Shown here in pieces: positions 13,562 through 26,200 of a stretch of 64,000 nucleotides of DNA (positions are counted from its first letter, which is position 1; the number at the start of each line of letters is the position of its first letter). The stretch is taken from NCBI GenBank assembly GCA_976551045.1, contig CDPCPM010000169.1:3658001-3722000 (forward strand), in the 5' to 3' direction. The position numbers were made by a program, and so were the translations under genes. This DNA is from Glaucostegus cemiculus. Lineage: Eukaryota. The notes beneath the pieces were generated by a model. It had not been told where the DNA came from and ran no database searches. It worked only from the letters and a program-made list of their open reading frames with translations.

Positions 13562-13958
13562 TGTCACAATGTTGATTGAAGAGCAAGCTCACAGAGAACC
13601 CAAATGCAGCACACTGGTACAAGACTGGAGTCAGGATACTTCCTCAGGACCAAACACAGGCAGCAACTGGAAGGATTCTTGCCTCAGAGATCTGAGTAGT
13701 AATCCCAACACAAACTGAATCTTCAAGCAGGAATAGCAAACACAGGACTGTTCTAGAGTAGACCACTCTAAGCAGCTAGGAGCCAAAGGTTGACCAATAC
13801 TCTAGCAACTAGTGCTAGAGAAACCTAGGTACTTATGCTAGGCCCCTGATGGGGCTCAGGTGTGTGTCATTATGCAATCAGTCCAGCATGGAATCCATGT
13901 GCTGTACAACAAGGCATCTAAGGAGCCAAATCAAGGGCCAGTACTCAGAATGATGACA
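13562..13958. mobile_element. Solo LTR (397 bp, probably Ty3/Gypsy) with 5-bp target-site duplication
   Basis: Starts TGTCA (13562) and ends TGACA (13958); flanked by CTTGG on both sides (13557-13561 and 13959-13963). Confidence 0.8.
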
Positions 13959-13961
13959 CTT

Positions 13962-14262
13962 GGGCAGCACTGTGGCACAACTGGCAGTGCTGCCATCTCA
14001 CAGTTCCAACAATATGGTTCAATCCTGACCTTGGTGAGAAGCTTGCACATTCTCCCTGTGACTGTGGGGGTTTCTTCCAGGTTAGGTTAATTGGCTGCTG
14101 TATATTGCCCCTATTGTGTAGGTGAGTACTAAAGTCTGGGTGGTGTTGATGGGAATATGAGAATAAAATAGGATTAGTGTGGGATTAATGTCAATGGGTA
14201 TTTGATGGTCAGTGTGGACTCAATGAGCTGAAGGACCTGTTTCCATGCTGTATGACTCTATT
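13962..14262 (+). mobile_element. V-SINE/HE1-like tRNA-derived SINE (internally deleted)
   Basis: gggcagcactgtggcacaactgg head, B box GGTTCAATCC, partial V domain, CR1-type tail gctgaaggacctgtttccatgctgtatgactcta. Confidence 0.8.
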
Positions 14263-16964
14263 ACCTTCATGTCCACTCTTACAATTTGCTGAGATAATTA
14301 TTAAGACCTTACTCTACTAAAACACAAGGGGATTTTGAATTATCTATATGGCTAAGGTGAGATGTTTCCAGATGACATTTCAAAGAACCCTACAGTCACA
14401 GGCAATGAATATACAAACTCAAGGACCAAGGGAATCATCTTACTTCAAAGACTATACACTAAATTTTCATGTATCTGATTTTTCATTAATCATGTCAATT
14501 GCTTGCTGTTAGCAAAATAAAAAAGAGTCAGCAATAATGAGCATCCAGAGCTGAAATTCAACAGAGGAACATTACTATTGACCAGCAAGATTGCTGGCTT
14601 AGGTTATAACAGCTGCTTCAGTTACATATGGTGTCATTAATTTGTTTTACAAGGTTGACCCTAGTAGTATCCCACATCAGCTTGCAAATTCTATGCAGAA
14701 AAGTATGTCTTAACAGTCATTTTTGAGTAGAAATTTCTCGTTTTCTGGAAATCTTTTATTGTCAATCCAGGTTTTTCTTTAAAGGAGAACACAAAAAGTT
14801 TAAGTTGAAAAAAATTTATAAAAACAAAGATAGTACATAATTGGTCTGTAAAGAGACCAATTTGATACCGATTCAAGACAGCTGACACACTCCATGGGGA
14901 TATCTTTAACAGTCATCATCAATTAGTCTGTTTGACTTTTAATATACCAAAGGGATCTCCTTCCGGTCTCTGCAGAGCAAATCTTAAAATACTGCTTCCA
15001 AAATAACTGAACTAAATAAGTGTAAATGCTTAGCCGTCAAAGTCCTTCCTCAGTGAGGATACCTCAATGTTACTTTTCCAGTACTTTTATTTAGTGGATG
15101 ATACATTTTCAGCAGGAAAGCTTTCTTCATGGGACAAAAGGAGACTGCTTCCAAAATTCATGATGAATACATATTCATATCCATCCCATTGTAGTTTCAT
15201 TTGCTCTTTTTGAAATTTATAACTTGAAAAATACAAGATATTACCCTTCAAGGAGACACACACATCTGTCTGTCATAAAAGAAGAGTTAATATTTGACTC
15301 ATTTTTCATTTTTAATCCCACTAGAAAAAGTAACTACATTTTGAGTGTACCCTTATGAGGAATGAATGATGGGAAATACTGACGTAACTCTGTCTCACAC
15401 TGGTAACCCTTTACTTTCAGATACAGTGTGATAGCTGCTGTGGCCATTGCTAAAGATGTGAATGATTAGCATTGCCTGTGATTTGGTCCTGAGCAGACAA
15501 GTAGCATTTTAGCAATTTTGACAGTAACCACTATAAATTAGCATCTAATGTACACCAGGTGATTTCTCATAGAGTGGTGGCCATTTTTCATGATCACAGC
15601 TAGGAGCATGGAAAGGGTAAAAAAAATTGCATGATCACCAGGAGGGAAGTATAAACCATAAAAATTACAAAGTGATATTTCCACCGAGGCCTTACCTAAA
15701 CAATCTGTCTGCCATCACCTTTCTTTTTAAACACAGGGTAGTAAATTTTTTTAAGAAGTTATTTTGGACATAAGGGAATGAAATTTGACTGTCATTGTAA
15801 GAACTGGGGATCAGAGATATCATGAATCAGACCAAAATCTGTCATGGCCATTCTGACAATTTGGCCAATCAGTATGTGTGTGGCATTTTATCCAACAAAC
15901 AGAAAAATAATAAAGCATGTCTTTTCATCTTTGCAGTTTTTAGTTGAAATTAAATCTAATTTATGACAGTATATAATTTATAAATCACAAAGATAAATAA
16001 CTGCCTGTTGTGACATTAGGATCTTTAAAGTTATTAGAATTTCATTTAATTTTCAGGTTTTGATTGTAACAACTATATACTCCATATGTATCATTGCAGA
16101 AAATGTTCTGGAGAGTTAAGCATAAGTGTTATTCAAAACCACTGTTCAACCAGACTCTGTTGCTCTTTGCTGGTTGATGATTCCCACTTCTTGGACTAGG
16201 GAGAGAACATTAGTAATTGCCAGAGCTTTACTAATAATTGTATTTGTACTGGATTGAAGCCAAGGCATTAACAGTAAAAAGGCAGGATTTAAAATATGAT
16301 GCCAACCTATTCTTCATATTAAAAATCATTTTAATGTTACATTCTATTCTATATATTGTATTAGATCATTCCCCTTCCTTCCTAACAACCACTGCCTTCA
16401 TCCTCCTCTAATCTGCACTTTGTTTCCCATCATAATGCAGCCCTAAAACACACACACAAATTCATCAATGTGCTTTTCAAATCTAAAGAAGTCAAGCAAA
16501 ATGCTTTTACATTTTCAAGACATAAGCCATATGGCATTTTAAATCGCATTATAACATTCAGCTGGTAAAGTACCAAAGATAACTCCCCCATCCTTTGTTT
16601 CAGTAAGTTTTCTTTGTTTTCCAGTTATTTTGAAACAGATCACGGCTGATATCACATCATTTCAATGTGGATTATGGTGAGTTGAAGGTAAACATTTGTG
16701 TCTTTGCAGAGGGAGGAACTGAGGAAGGACTGTACAATCAGGTTTCTCAACAGTGGATAAACAAAGATGCCTGGGAATATAAAGGGTATAAATCTAAAGG
16801 CAAGTATTTTCTCAAAGGGGAAGTGACTCAAAAGGAAGGGAAAAAAAAGCAGACAGGAAGCTGCTTTGGAGGGGGCAGAAATTTAAGTCTGAACTTTCTG
16901 CAAGATTTAAAAGTTATAAGTTATCAAGTTTGGAACAGACAAGTATTCCAGCAGCCACTTACAT

Positions 16965-17170
16965 AATTCCAGAACGGTATGCTGCCTCCCTGGTGTCAAG
17001 GTCAAAGCTATTATTGAGCAACTACAGAACTTTCTGAGGGAGAAGATGAACAGTAAGAAAACATGGTCCACATCAGTATCATTGACACCGGCAAAGAGAG
17101 GAATGAGGTACTGTAGACAGAGTACAAGGAAGCAGGAAAAAAGATTAAGAAGCAGAACCTAAAAGACAAT
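16965..17170 (+). mobile_element. CR1 LINE ORF1 (SGNH esterase-like) relic
   Basis: gtatgctgcctccctggtgtcaaggtc...gtccacatc... corresponds to the VCCLPGARV...VVHIGTND motif of CR1 ORF1. Confidence 0.65.
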
Positions 17171-17179
17171 GATGAAACA

Positions 17180-17490
17180 TTTTATCAATATTAATATGTG
17201 GGTATCCTTGGCAAGATTAGCACTTATTGTCTATTGCTAATTTCTCTTAAGAAGGTGTTGGCCAGCTGCTCCTTGAACTGCTACTGAAGGTTCTCGGGCA
17301 ATGTTGTTAGGCAGAGAGTTCTGGGGTTCAGACCCAGCAGTTTGACTGATTGAGGGGAACTTGCTGTGGTGGTGTTCACATGCAGGTGCTGCCGATGTGC
17401 TTGTGGAAGAGTTTGCAGCTATAGGAGGTGGTATTGAAGTCATCTTGGCAAGTAAATGCCATGCACTTTGTAGATACTGCAGCCACAGTT
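17180..17490 (-). mobile_element. LINE 3' end lying antisense between two CR1 relics
   Basis: Reverse complement of the tail family seen at 6560-7090 (cacttattgtctattgctaatttctcttaagaaggtg). Confidence 0.5.
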
Positions 17491-17494
17491 ATGC

Positions 17495-18122
17495 TACTTC
17501 ACCTGGATTTTGGCAAGGCATTTGACAAAAATGATCAGATAATAATTAAATGGTCAGAAAAATAGAAGCCCATGGGATCCAACAGAATGTAGCAAGTTGG
17601 TTCCAAATTTGGCTCAGTGGGAGGAACTAAATAAATTACTAGTGATTCAGTGGCTGAATGACTATTTGGAAAAGGGTTCTTCAGGGCTCAATATAGATCC
17701 CTCACTTTTCATTGTATGTATTAAGGACTTAGGGTTTAGAAGTAGGGGGTCAAGATTAAGAAGCTTGCAGATGATACAAAAATTAGTGTATTTGATATAA
17801 GGAAGAAAGCTACAGTGCAGAAATTTATCAATTGACCAGTCAGATGGGTAGAACAGTGGTCAAGGGAAGTCAATCTAGAAAACTGTGATGTTATATTTTT
17901 GGAAGAGCAGACAAGGCAAAGGAACATATGGTAAGTGGTAAGACACTAAGAATATAAATACAAGACAGAAGCAATTATTGCACTTAAAAAGCATTTGGAC
18001 AGGTACTTAGGAAAGGCATGGAGCGACATGGGCCTAATGCAGGCAAATCAGGCATCACAGTCAGTATGGATGAGGTAGGCCAAAAGGGCCCATCTCTGTG
18101 CTGTATATTTCTATGATTCTAA
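17495..18122 (+). mobile_element. CR1 LINE reverse transcriptase and 3' end relic
   Basis: ctggattttggcaaggcatttgacaaa = LDFGKAFDK; gcagatgatacaaaa = ADDTK; tail ggccaaaagggcc...gtgctgtatatttctatgattct. Confidence 0.8.
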
Positions 18123-21100
18123 TTGTAGAGCAAAAGAAAGGCTTTGAACTGCACAGAACCTTGGAAGTAGCAGGACTGGTATGTCAGTTGGATGAGATAG
18201 CAAATGGGACATGCCTTTATAGCTGAGGCACAGAAAAGAAAAGCAAGCAGGTCATACTGGAAGGACCCTTTTCCTAAGAGAAAATGTTTAATTTGCTAAA
18301 CGTTATCAATTCCAAAGAGTATAAAATATATTTCTGCATATTAGCCGAATTCAGTGAACTGCTGAGGAGGCATATAATGGAAATAATTGTGTGATGTGTA
18401 ACTAAGGGGCCTTTGACTGTCTTTGCCTTCCTCAGACAAAATTCATCTGACCACAGGAGTTATTGAATGGATTACAGTTAGTTTTGGTCAGCATTCATGC
18501 AGGATCAAGCACAGTAGGATCAAAGATAGCACAGGTCAAACATAAACCAAGGTTCCCTTTACTCTGTTCCTCTTAAATCCCATCGGAACACACACAATCC
18601 TACTTCCGTTTTCAACAATAGCTGCCCTTGCAACCTCCTGAGTGAGATTTAGCACCAATTAGTACAAAATTACAGCATATTTTTATGAACAGCTAAGGTG
18701 AAACAGCCCAAACAGACTTCACATGGGAACATTAGAGAAGAATCTTTTACTGTATTACTCCAGGCTAGAAATTAATCTTGATACTGTAGAAGGGAACACA
18801 TTTACAAAACTTTTGTGCTTTTCATTCCTGTCACCCACAAAATATTCTAATATTCACAGAGGACAGTTAAAACTTGACAAAATCAAAGAGAAACAGTTCA
18901 GTAAAAAAAAATGAGCAGGTCTAAGCTGATTTTCCCCATAGGTGCCTTATTTTTGTATTCACACATACCAATGCCAGATGGACAAGTGACCCACAGAGAA
19001 GAAAATATGCACAAGGCAGTAATAATGTACACTAGCCATATGTGTACTCATAGATTACTAATGAGGCTTGAAGTCAGAAATACATTAGAAAGCAAGGTTA
19101 CCCATGATTTAAAAATAAACCGCCTGAAAGGAATTCAGCAAGCAACTTTATTGAATGGCCAATATAAGCCATTCTAATTTTGGTAACAAAATGTAAAATT
19201 CAAATCAGTACAAACTTGCATTTTATTTGATAGAAATATGAGCTGTGGATTTCTAATGTAATTACAAGCTTGATAAGTGATTGCGCAATACAAGTCATAA
19301 AACCTTCCATGATAAAAAGTTTCATTCCTTCAATTAATCTATTCAAAAGTAAAATTGGTTTAAAAATAATGAAATAGATAGGAAGTCCAATCACTTGGCC
19401 AAAAAATTCACTATTAATTGCATAAGCATATTTTTTAAATCCTTCATATCCTCAATGTATTTATCTTTATGAATTTGATTAATGGCTTCATCCTGCTGTT
19501 AGACTTGTATTTTACTTTCTTCTTTCAGTACTGTTGCTTAATACCAGGTTTGTTCACCATATTTCCTCCTTGAAATTTTTTCTTCATGACGGCTACATTT
19601 TTTTTTCCCAGATAAGTTCTCCTTTCTGTTCTGTCAAGACTTACTTTATGTTTATCAATGCTGAGAACTCCCCAGCTTAGTTGCTCACAGTAATGGTTAG
19701 CTTCAAGTAGGGGCCTTAACAGGGGGCTGCATAACTCCACCAGCATTAACATGTTGGGTAGTCAAATGTTTCTGATCAAAGACATGCTCCCCAACCAACA
19801 GAAATAGATCTATCATTTTTTAATGCATTAACTGAAGAGAAACTGCAGATAGGTCATTGTTAAGTTTGTGAGAACCCTATAGGCAGGGTAGATTCAATTG
19901 AAATGCTCTAACAAGAACAGTTGTATTGATGATCATAAAGATCACCGTGGGCACTGTTCCTTCTTCCTAATTATACCCTGAACTGTGAGACAGAGATTTT
20001 CTCTAAGAAGAATGATGATCCCAGAATTCTACAAACCTGTCCAGAGGAAGTAAAATCCTGTTCTGGGCTACACAAAACATATTGCTGGAATTTGGAGACA
20101 TGATATAGAAACTAATTTAGTTTCCTGCATTCCAAAGCAAAAGACAAAGGCTTATTGAACTAAATGGAGTGAAAATACATTCATTCTTCAGCAAGAACAC
20201 AATGCCAGGAGACTGTCTGTTTCAATTTCCACCAAGGCTTGGCAAATAATTTGAACTTGTTAACCTCTGAAAGGATGTCTATAATCTTCAAATGAAGACA
20301 ATATCCTTAAATAACTTTATCTGGAATTGGAAGTAACTGCACTCATCTCATTTAGAGGCTGTAATTGTGGGCTTCCTCATGACTTAGATTACTGAAGAGG
20401 GATACCAACCAATTGGAGATGTTTAACACAGTGGGAACAAAAGAACTGCTGACAATGATATATCCTCAAGGAAAATGTCAAGCAACAAAATTTTTGCAAT
20501 GGTGCTGACAGTTTTGTTCCAAATTTGTTTGCTCTATAATCCTGGGAAGACCGACTATACTTTTGACTGTTTGGAATTTTCTGTCAAAATTTGCAGATTT
20601 TATTAAACTGTTGTATTCCAACTGAAAGGCAAATGCAAATCCATTAACTAAATGATATGTGTATAAATAATTCAATAAATCCTCAGAAACAACTGATAGA
20701 AAATTAACTATTGTTAACTATTGTTAATTTTCTGTAAAATTCTCAGTAAAATCGAACATAATGAAACAATTGTTAATTTTCTATCAGTTGACAATTTAAA
20801 ACCTTATGGTTTCCAACATTTTCTCCCTCAAAGTTCTACATTACAGTTTCAGCTTTTCATTGAAACAAAGATCCATACCCTTGTCCCTTCATTGTTTATA
20901 CTTTTTAATTTATTTACATTTTAAAATGTCTTCCCTGCATTTGATTTTTCAAACATCCTCTGGATTACATGAGGAGTGTATGCATTTAAAGGCAACAAAG
21001 AATAGACTGGATATTCTTCTTTCATACATGAATATATTATTTTCTGTTTATAAATGATACATCAGGGACCACAGCCAGGTAATGCTCTTAGCTTCCTGAA

Positions 21101-22289
21101 ATGTTATCAATGGCACAATCAGGAGCTATGGAACATGCCAAAGTTTGTTTACATTCACCTCCCACTGAGCTGTCTTCAGGGCTCAGTAAAATCGAACATA
21201 ATGAAACAATTAACTCTTGAAATTCACTGTTATGGAGGTCCAGGGCCTTAAAGAACTCACAAGTACGAAGTCACTCATAGTACTTTTTTCAAATGATGTC
21301 ATATTGTAACTTTTAGTGCATAATGGCATTCCAAATGTGACCAGAATTCAGATTAATTACTTTTGGTGTCCATTCGCCAGTACTGCAGGTAGTATTTACT
21401 TAAATAAGTAAAGTCAATTGTATATAACAAAAAACACAATCCTATCATGTTGAAGAGGTACAACATTAGACTCATTCCCTCAAGCTCAAGATCTACCATG
21501 GTTTCCACAGTCAAGCTGCCCTCCTTTCCAGAAGTTATCACCTAGGCAGTCAAGTTGAATATATTAGTGATTTGATTTAGCTTGATTCTTAGGAGGCAGT
21601 AAAACTACCAGGACCAGGAAATGGGATTGATGGTGGCCACAATGAAATACATGGCAGGCAAAGTCCAACCTTGAAGAAAGAAGCACTATGGAGGCTGAAG
21701 AAACAGAAAACAAATGTAAAAATCAACCTGAAAGATTAATGTACTGTGAACTAGTGTGGAACAAAAATAAACAGTAAAAACAGCAGTAAGTTTTGTTTCA
21801 TTAGCCATCCCTAAAGGTTCCCAGTTGAGCTAGGAAATAAATGAAAAACGATGGGCACACTTCTATAAATAAATAATTCCAAACTGACTAACTTTATCAT
21901 TTTTCTGAATGAATGCATTTTTTCCATTTATTTATTTATCTATCACTTTTCTCACTCACATGATCTGGCTTTAATCAGTTATAGTAAAGGGAAAACGCTC
22001 AGAGAAGGTAATGCAAAGTACAAAGACAAAATCTTCCGTACACAAACATCTATAATACAGATAACCCAAAAACCCTGTGAAACCAGAGCTGACAAATTAG
22101 AAGAATGATATAAAGACATTACGCATGAGTGGCAAATGATTGTCACTTTAATCATTGCACAATGTGGTGCCTTTAGGCATCATCCGAAGGCATGGTATTA
22201 AATAGAAACCAACCTTTTAAACCTCAATATTTCTGTTAAATATAAACTAATTGTTTTATCTTATCTACTATGATGTTTATTTTTGGTCT

Positions 22290-23230
22290 TCTCTTCTTCT
22301 TAGGTGGTCCCTCAGGGCCAAGAATGACCTGCTTCCACTCCAGTTGTATATGTTCTAAGGTGACTGATGAGGACCCGCATACCCTTCCACAGATGGGAAA
22401 GGAGGAGCTTGATGAGACAGATGAGTGCATAGTCTGGAACTAGAGCCCCTTTCACTGTTTATGCTGGGCTTCTGTGTGCTCCCAGTAAATTAACCTGAGG
22501 TTTTCAATGACATCCCAAATGCTCCTCGTCCATTTTGAGCAGTCATTGGCCAGTGATTCACAAGAATCAGTCGGAATATTACATTTATTCAAGGAGACTT
22601 TGAGAACATCCTTGAATCTTTTCCTCTATCCATCCGGTAATCTCTTCTCCGGAAGAGATCAAAATAGAGTGTATCGTTCAGAGGTCTAATTTCATGCATG
22701 TTAATGATGTGGCCTGCCCAATGGAATTGGCCGACCATAATTAGGGGCTCAGTGCTGGGTGTTAGGCTGGGAGAAGATTTTGACCTTAATTCACTCTTCG
22801 CCCCAATGGACTTGGATGATTTTGCAGAAACAGCTTTGGTGGATTCTTTCCAATGTGTTGAGGTGCATAATACAGGTATCCCATATGTCAGAAGCATACA
22901 GGAGGGCATAGATAACTCCTTTCAGCAAACCGTGAGCTTACTGTTGGATTTTGCTATTAATCTTCAAACACTCTTTTCATCAGACAACCAAAGTCTATTC
23001 TGGTACACTGAAGGCAGTGGAAAATTTTATCCTCCATCTCATCCTTCATTGAGAGCTGGCTTGAAATATGGCAAGTGGTCCAAGTTTTCTGAGGTCCCAT
23101 TGTATACAAGTATTGACAAAGCGTAAATGTTATTTGTCAGGAGCAGGTTGAACAGTTTCCTATTTGTCCTATGGATTAGCAACTCTCCAGAAGGAAGCTT
23201 GTTAAAGGCAAGGTGAAGCATTGTGATGAG
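22290..23230 (-). mobile_element. RTE (BovB-like) LINE 3' relic
   Basis: Minus strand gives WAGHII..M and RLPDG*RKRFKDVLKVSLNKCNIPTDSCESLA, typical of the RTE ORF C-terminus; ends in an (AAG)n-like tail at about 22290. Confidence 0.75.
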
Positions 23231-26200
23231 AAAGATTGAGAAAAGTTTTAATGTGTGTTATGCTGCATTATCTTGGCCTATTTTCCAATACAGAAGCTAG
23301 CAGCCACATAAGAATGTTGAAATTTACTAAATGAATCAATATGTTCTGTACTTGAAGGACTCTTAGTATCTAATGATACTATCAAAGATCTGCAGAAAGG
23401 TCATATCATCTACCTACTATCTCACTGTAAAATTACATGGAACATATTTTGGAAGTTCATAAGCTTTGTTTTATTTTACTTTGATGCTTTGCTTAAGAGA
23501 CAAATTAAAATAATACAACCACCCAATATGAACAGTTGTTGCCCTCCTGAGTTTGGTTCTATTTACTGAAAGAGGTTCTTTGAAGTGTGGTAAGATAGCT
23601 GTATGTTTTAAATTTGTTCTGAATATTTTTCTCAAAGTTATTGGCCAATTAACAGAAGATGAAGATGTGCCCAGCTTCTGTTCTTAGCATGTAGAAATTA
23701 TAACAACTGATTAGCATGCACTCTCCATCAAATCATTAGAGTGAGTCCCCAGTGAGAGAAAATTCTGTTTTAGGCATTGCCATTTCCTTTGTTGACATTA
23801 ATTCCATTGGAAATGTTAACTGTGTTGATGCTATATCATTTGGCCAAGAAGCAGTGACACTCATTCACAGCGCTTAATGGAAACTAATACTGATCATGTG
23901 TGATGTGCAGAATGAGGCACAGCATTCACTGTTAACCCTATCTGACTAACTTTTCTAATCACTAATTGTATTCTGGTTTGCAGGACAAAGTGTAGTTTGT
24001 GCATGGTCTACAGGCTGACAAAATTTCTCAGTTTTATTGAGAGAAGGTTTGCTTACAAACTTAGATGCCTTTTATTTAATAAATCACAGAAGTTTGTCGG
24101 TTGCCAGTTTAGTCAGTAATAATAATTTGAAGGAAAGGGCCTTGTGCTTTTTAAACTCTGTAATTTACAATAATATTACATTAGCTTAGTATACATTTCC
24201 ATGTAAAAATAAGAATAGTGAACAATGGAGAAGAAATTAAGTTTTGGCCACCAATTCTAAATGTTCGTGAGTTTTGGCCACAGGCCATACCTCCCTCCCC
24301 AAATTTGATTCTGTTGACTTCAATGGTATTGTATTTAGGGATCTAAGTATAACTGGTGGCTAGTACACTCACACATTTCTTGCAATTGCTAAAAGTCAAG
24401 ATTTCCTTTGTTCTGGAAATTGAACAATATTTTGCTTCCTCGGCATAAAGACCTGGAACAAGGCTCATCTCCAGAAAGTGCTTTGTTGACACCTTTTCCT
24501 GATCACAAAGCTAACAAAACACTAATTTATTATTCTCTGCTATAAGATCCTGAGGTAGGGAAAGCAGAGAGGGGAGCAGCAGTAGAAGTTGCAATGTGCT
24601 GAACTAAAAAAAAACAATAGCAATTTGATTATTTTTTATCAGCTTTGACCATCTGTGTTCTTTCAGTCTAGCCTTCATTATCTGGAGTGCACAGCTATGT
24701 CAGACTGAAACACAAGTCAACCCTTCGATGTCAAATTTATGCCACTTCCTTGTTTTCTACCATGAACAGGCCACATTGTCCTTAAACAGTCAACTAACTG
24801 GGAATGTCATTAAAGGGGGTTGGGCAGATCGTGGGTGGTTGGTAGTGGATTATTACTCTCTCTGCTCAGGAAAGGAGCAGGCAGGCAGTTAAACTGGAGC
24901 AGCTCCATTTCCTCTTCAGTTCCTGCCAATTTCTGATTTTAGTACACTTTGTTTGGCTGAAATCAAGCGGGAACCTCATGCATAAATACTAATTGGGGTC
25001 CTAAGGCATCAATTGGACCCCAATGGCATTTTAACAGGGACCCTGTGAGGGAAAGCTGCCTGTAACTTTCCTGCTCAGCTAAAGCAGCTCTGCAGCTGGT
25101 TTACAGACAAAAGGGGCCTTTAAGATAAATGTAAAAATTTTCTTAATAGACCCCCTCCTCCTCCAAAGCTCGCTGCAAAAGTCACAGTCTACTTTGCCAC
25201 AAGCTGGTATTCCCTCCTCCAAGACACTCCATTAACCCCTCTCCACCACTTAAATAGAGGCCAATCAATCAAGGGACTTTCAAACTTCACATACAGGAAT
25301 CTGCTGCATGTCCTCTTCAGACCCATCTTGGGTGAGAAGTAGACCAGTAAAATTTAAAAGAAGTCCATTATTAAAACGGATGAAGCATCCATCTACCCTA
25401 CCAGAGGAACTTCCTGCCAGAAACATGCATCTCCCTTCCATCACCTGACCATGCCAAATATCTAATATTACTCTACATATGGAGTTCGCCAGGTAAATAT
25501 TTTGCACATTTGCTTGCATCATTGCTATTAGCATGGATACAGTACATACCTCTGTTAACCTAAGGGGAGATTGTTGGCTTGAACTGCAGCTGACTTTGCT
25601 TTGGTTGAGAAGTAAAACTTTTTTTATATATACACATCTGGGTATGACTCTCTGCATAAGCTTTATTTAATAAGACATCTCCCAAGATTCAAGAGCCCAA
25701 GTAAGTTTGAAAAGGAAAATCTGGAGACTGAAACTTTTTTAGGTTTCATTATGATTACATACATTCTTAAAGCCAATCTTTAAACTATTGTTCTTTACCC
25801 CTCCTTAGTTCTTTTATTATTCTAATTACAATGTTAATAGCAGGCTCTTTTTTTGCAGACAGCTAAGAGCAAAGGGTGATCATAAATCTCACTCAATTAC
25901 CCTGAAAATACATCTGTGCGCCAGGATGTAAATGTTACTTTCAGGAAAAGTCATAAAACGCAATTCAAAGAAAATATTTTACAAGCCATTATTTAAATGC
26001 AACAAATGCTTTAAGAATAGCATTTTCTTGTTCTTAATATTTCACAACTAATTTTATTTTATTACCTACAACTTACTTACATTAGGCACGTTCAAGAAAT
26101 TATTATGCTTTACAAGTGTAACACCAAAATCATATTGTCAGAATATACTGCCACATGATTCATCCAATTACAGGAGCATTTTCCTCAGTAATTTTTTGTC

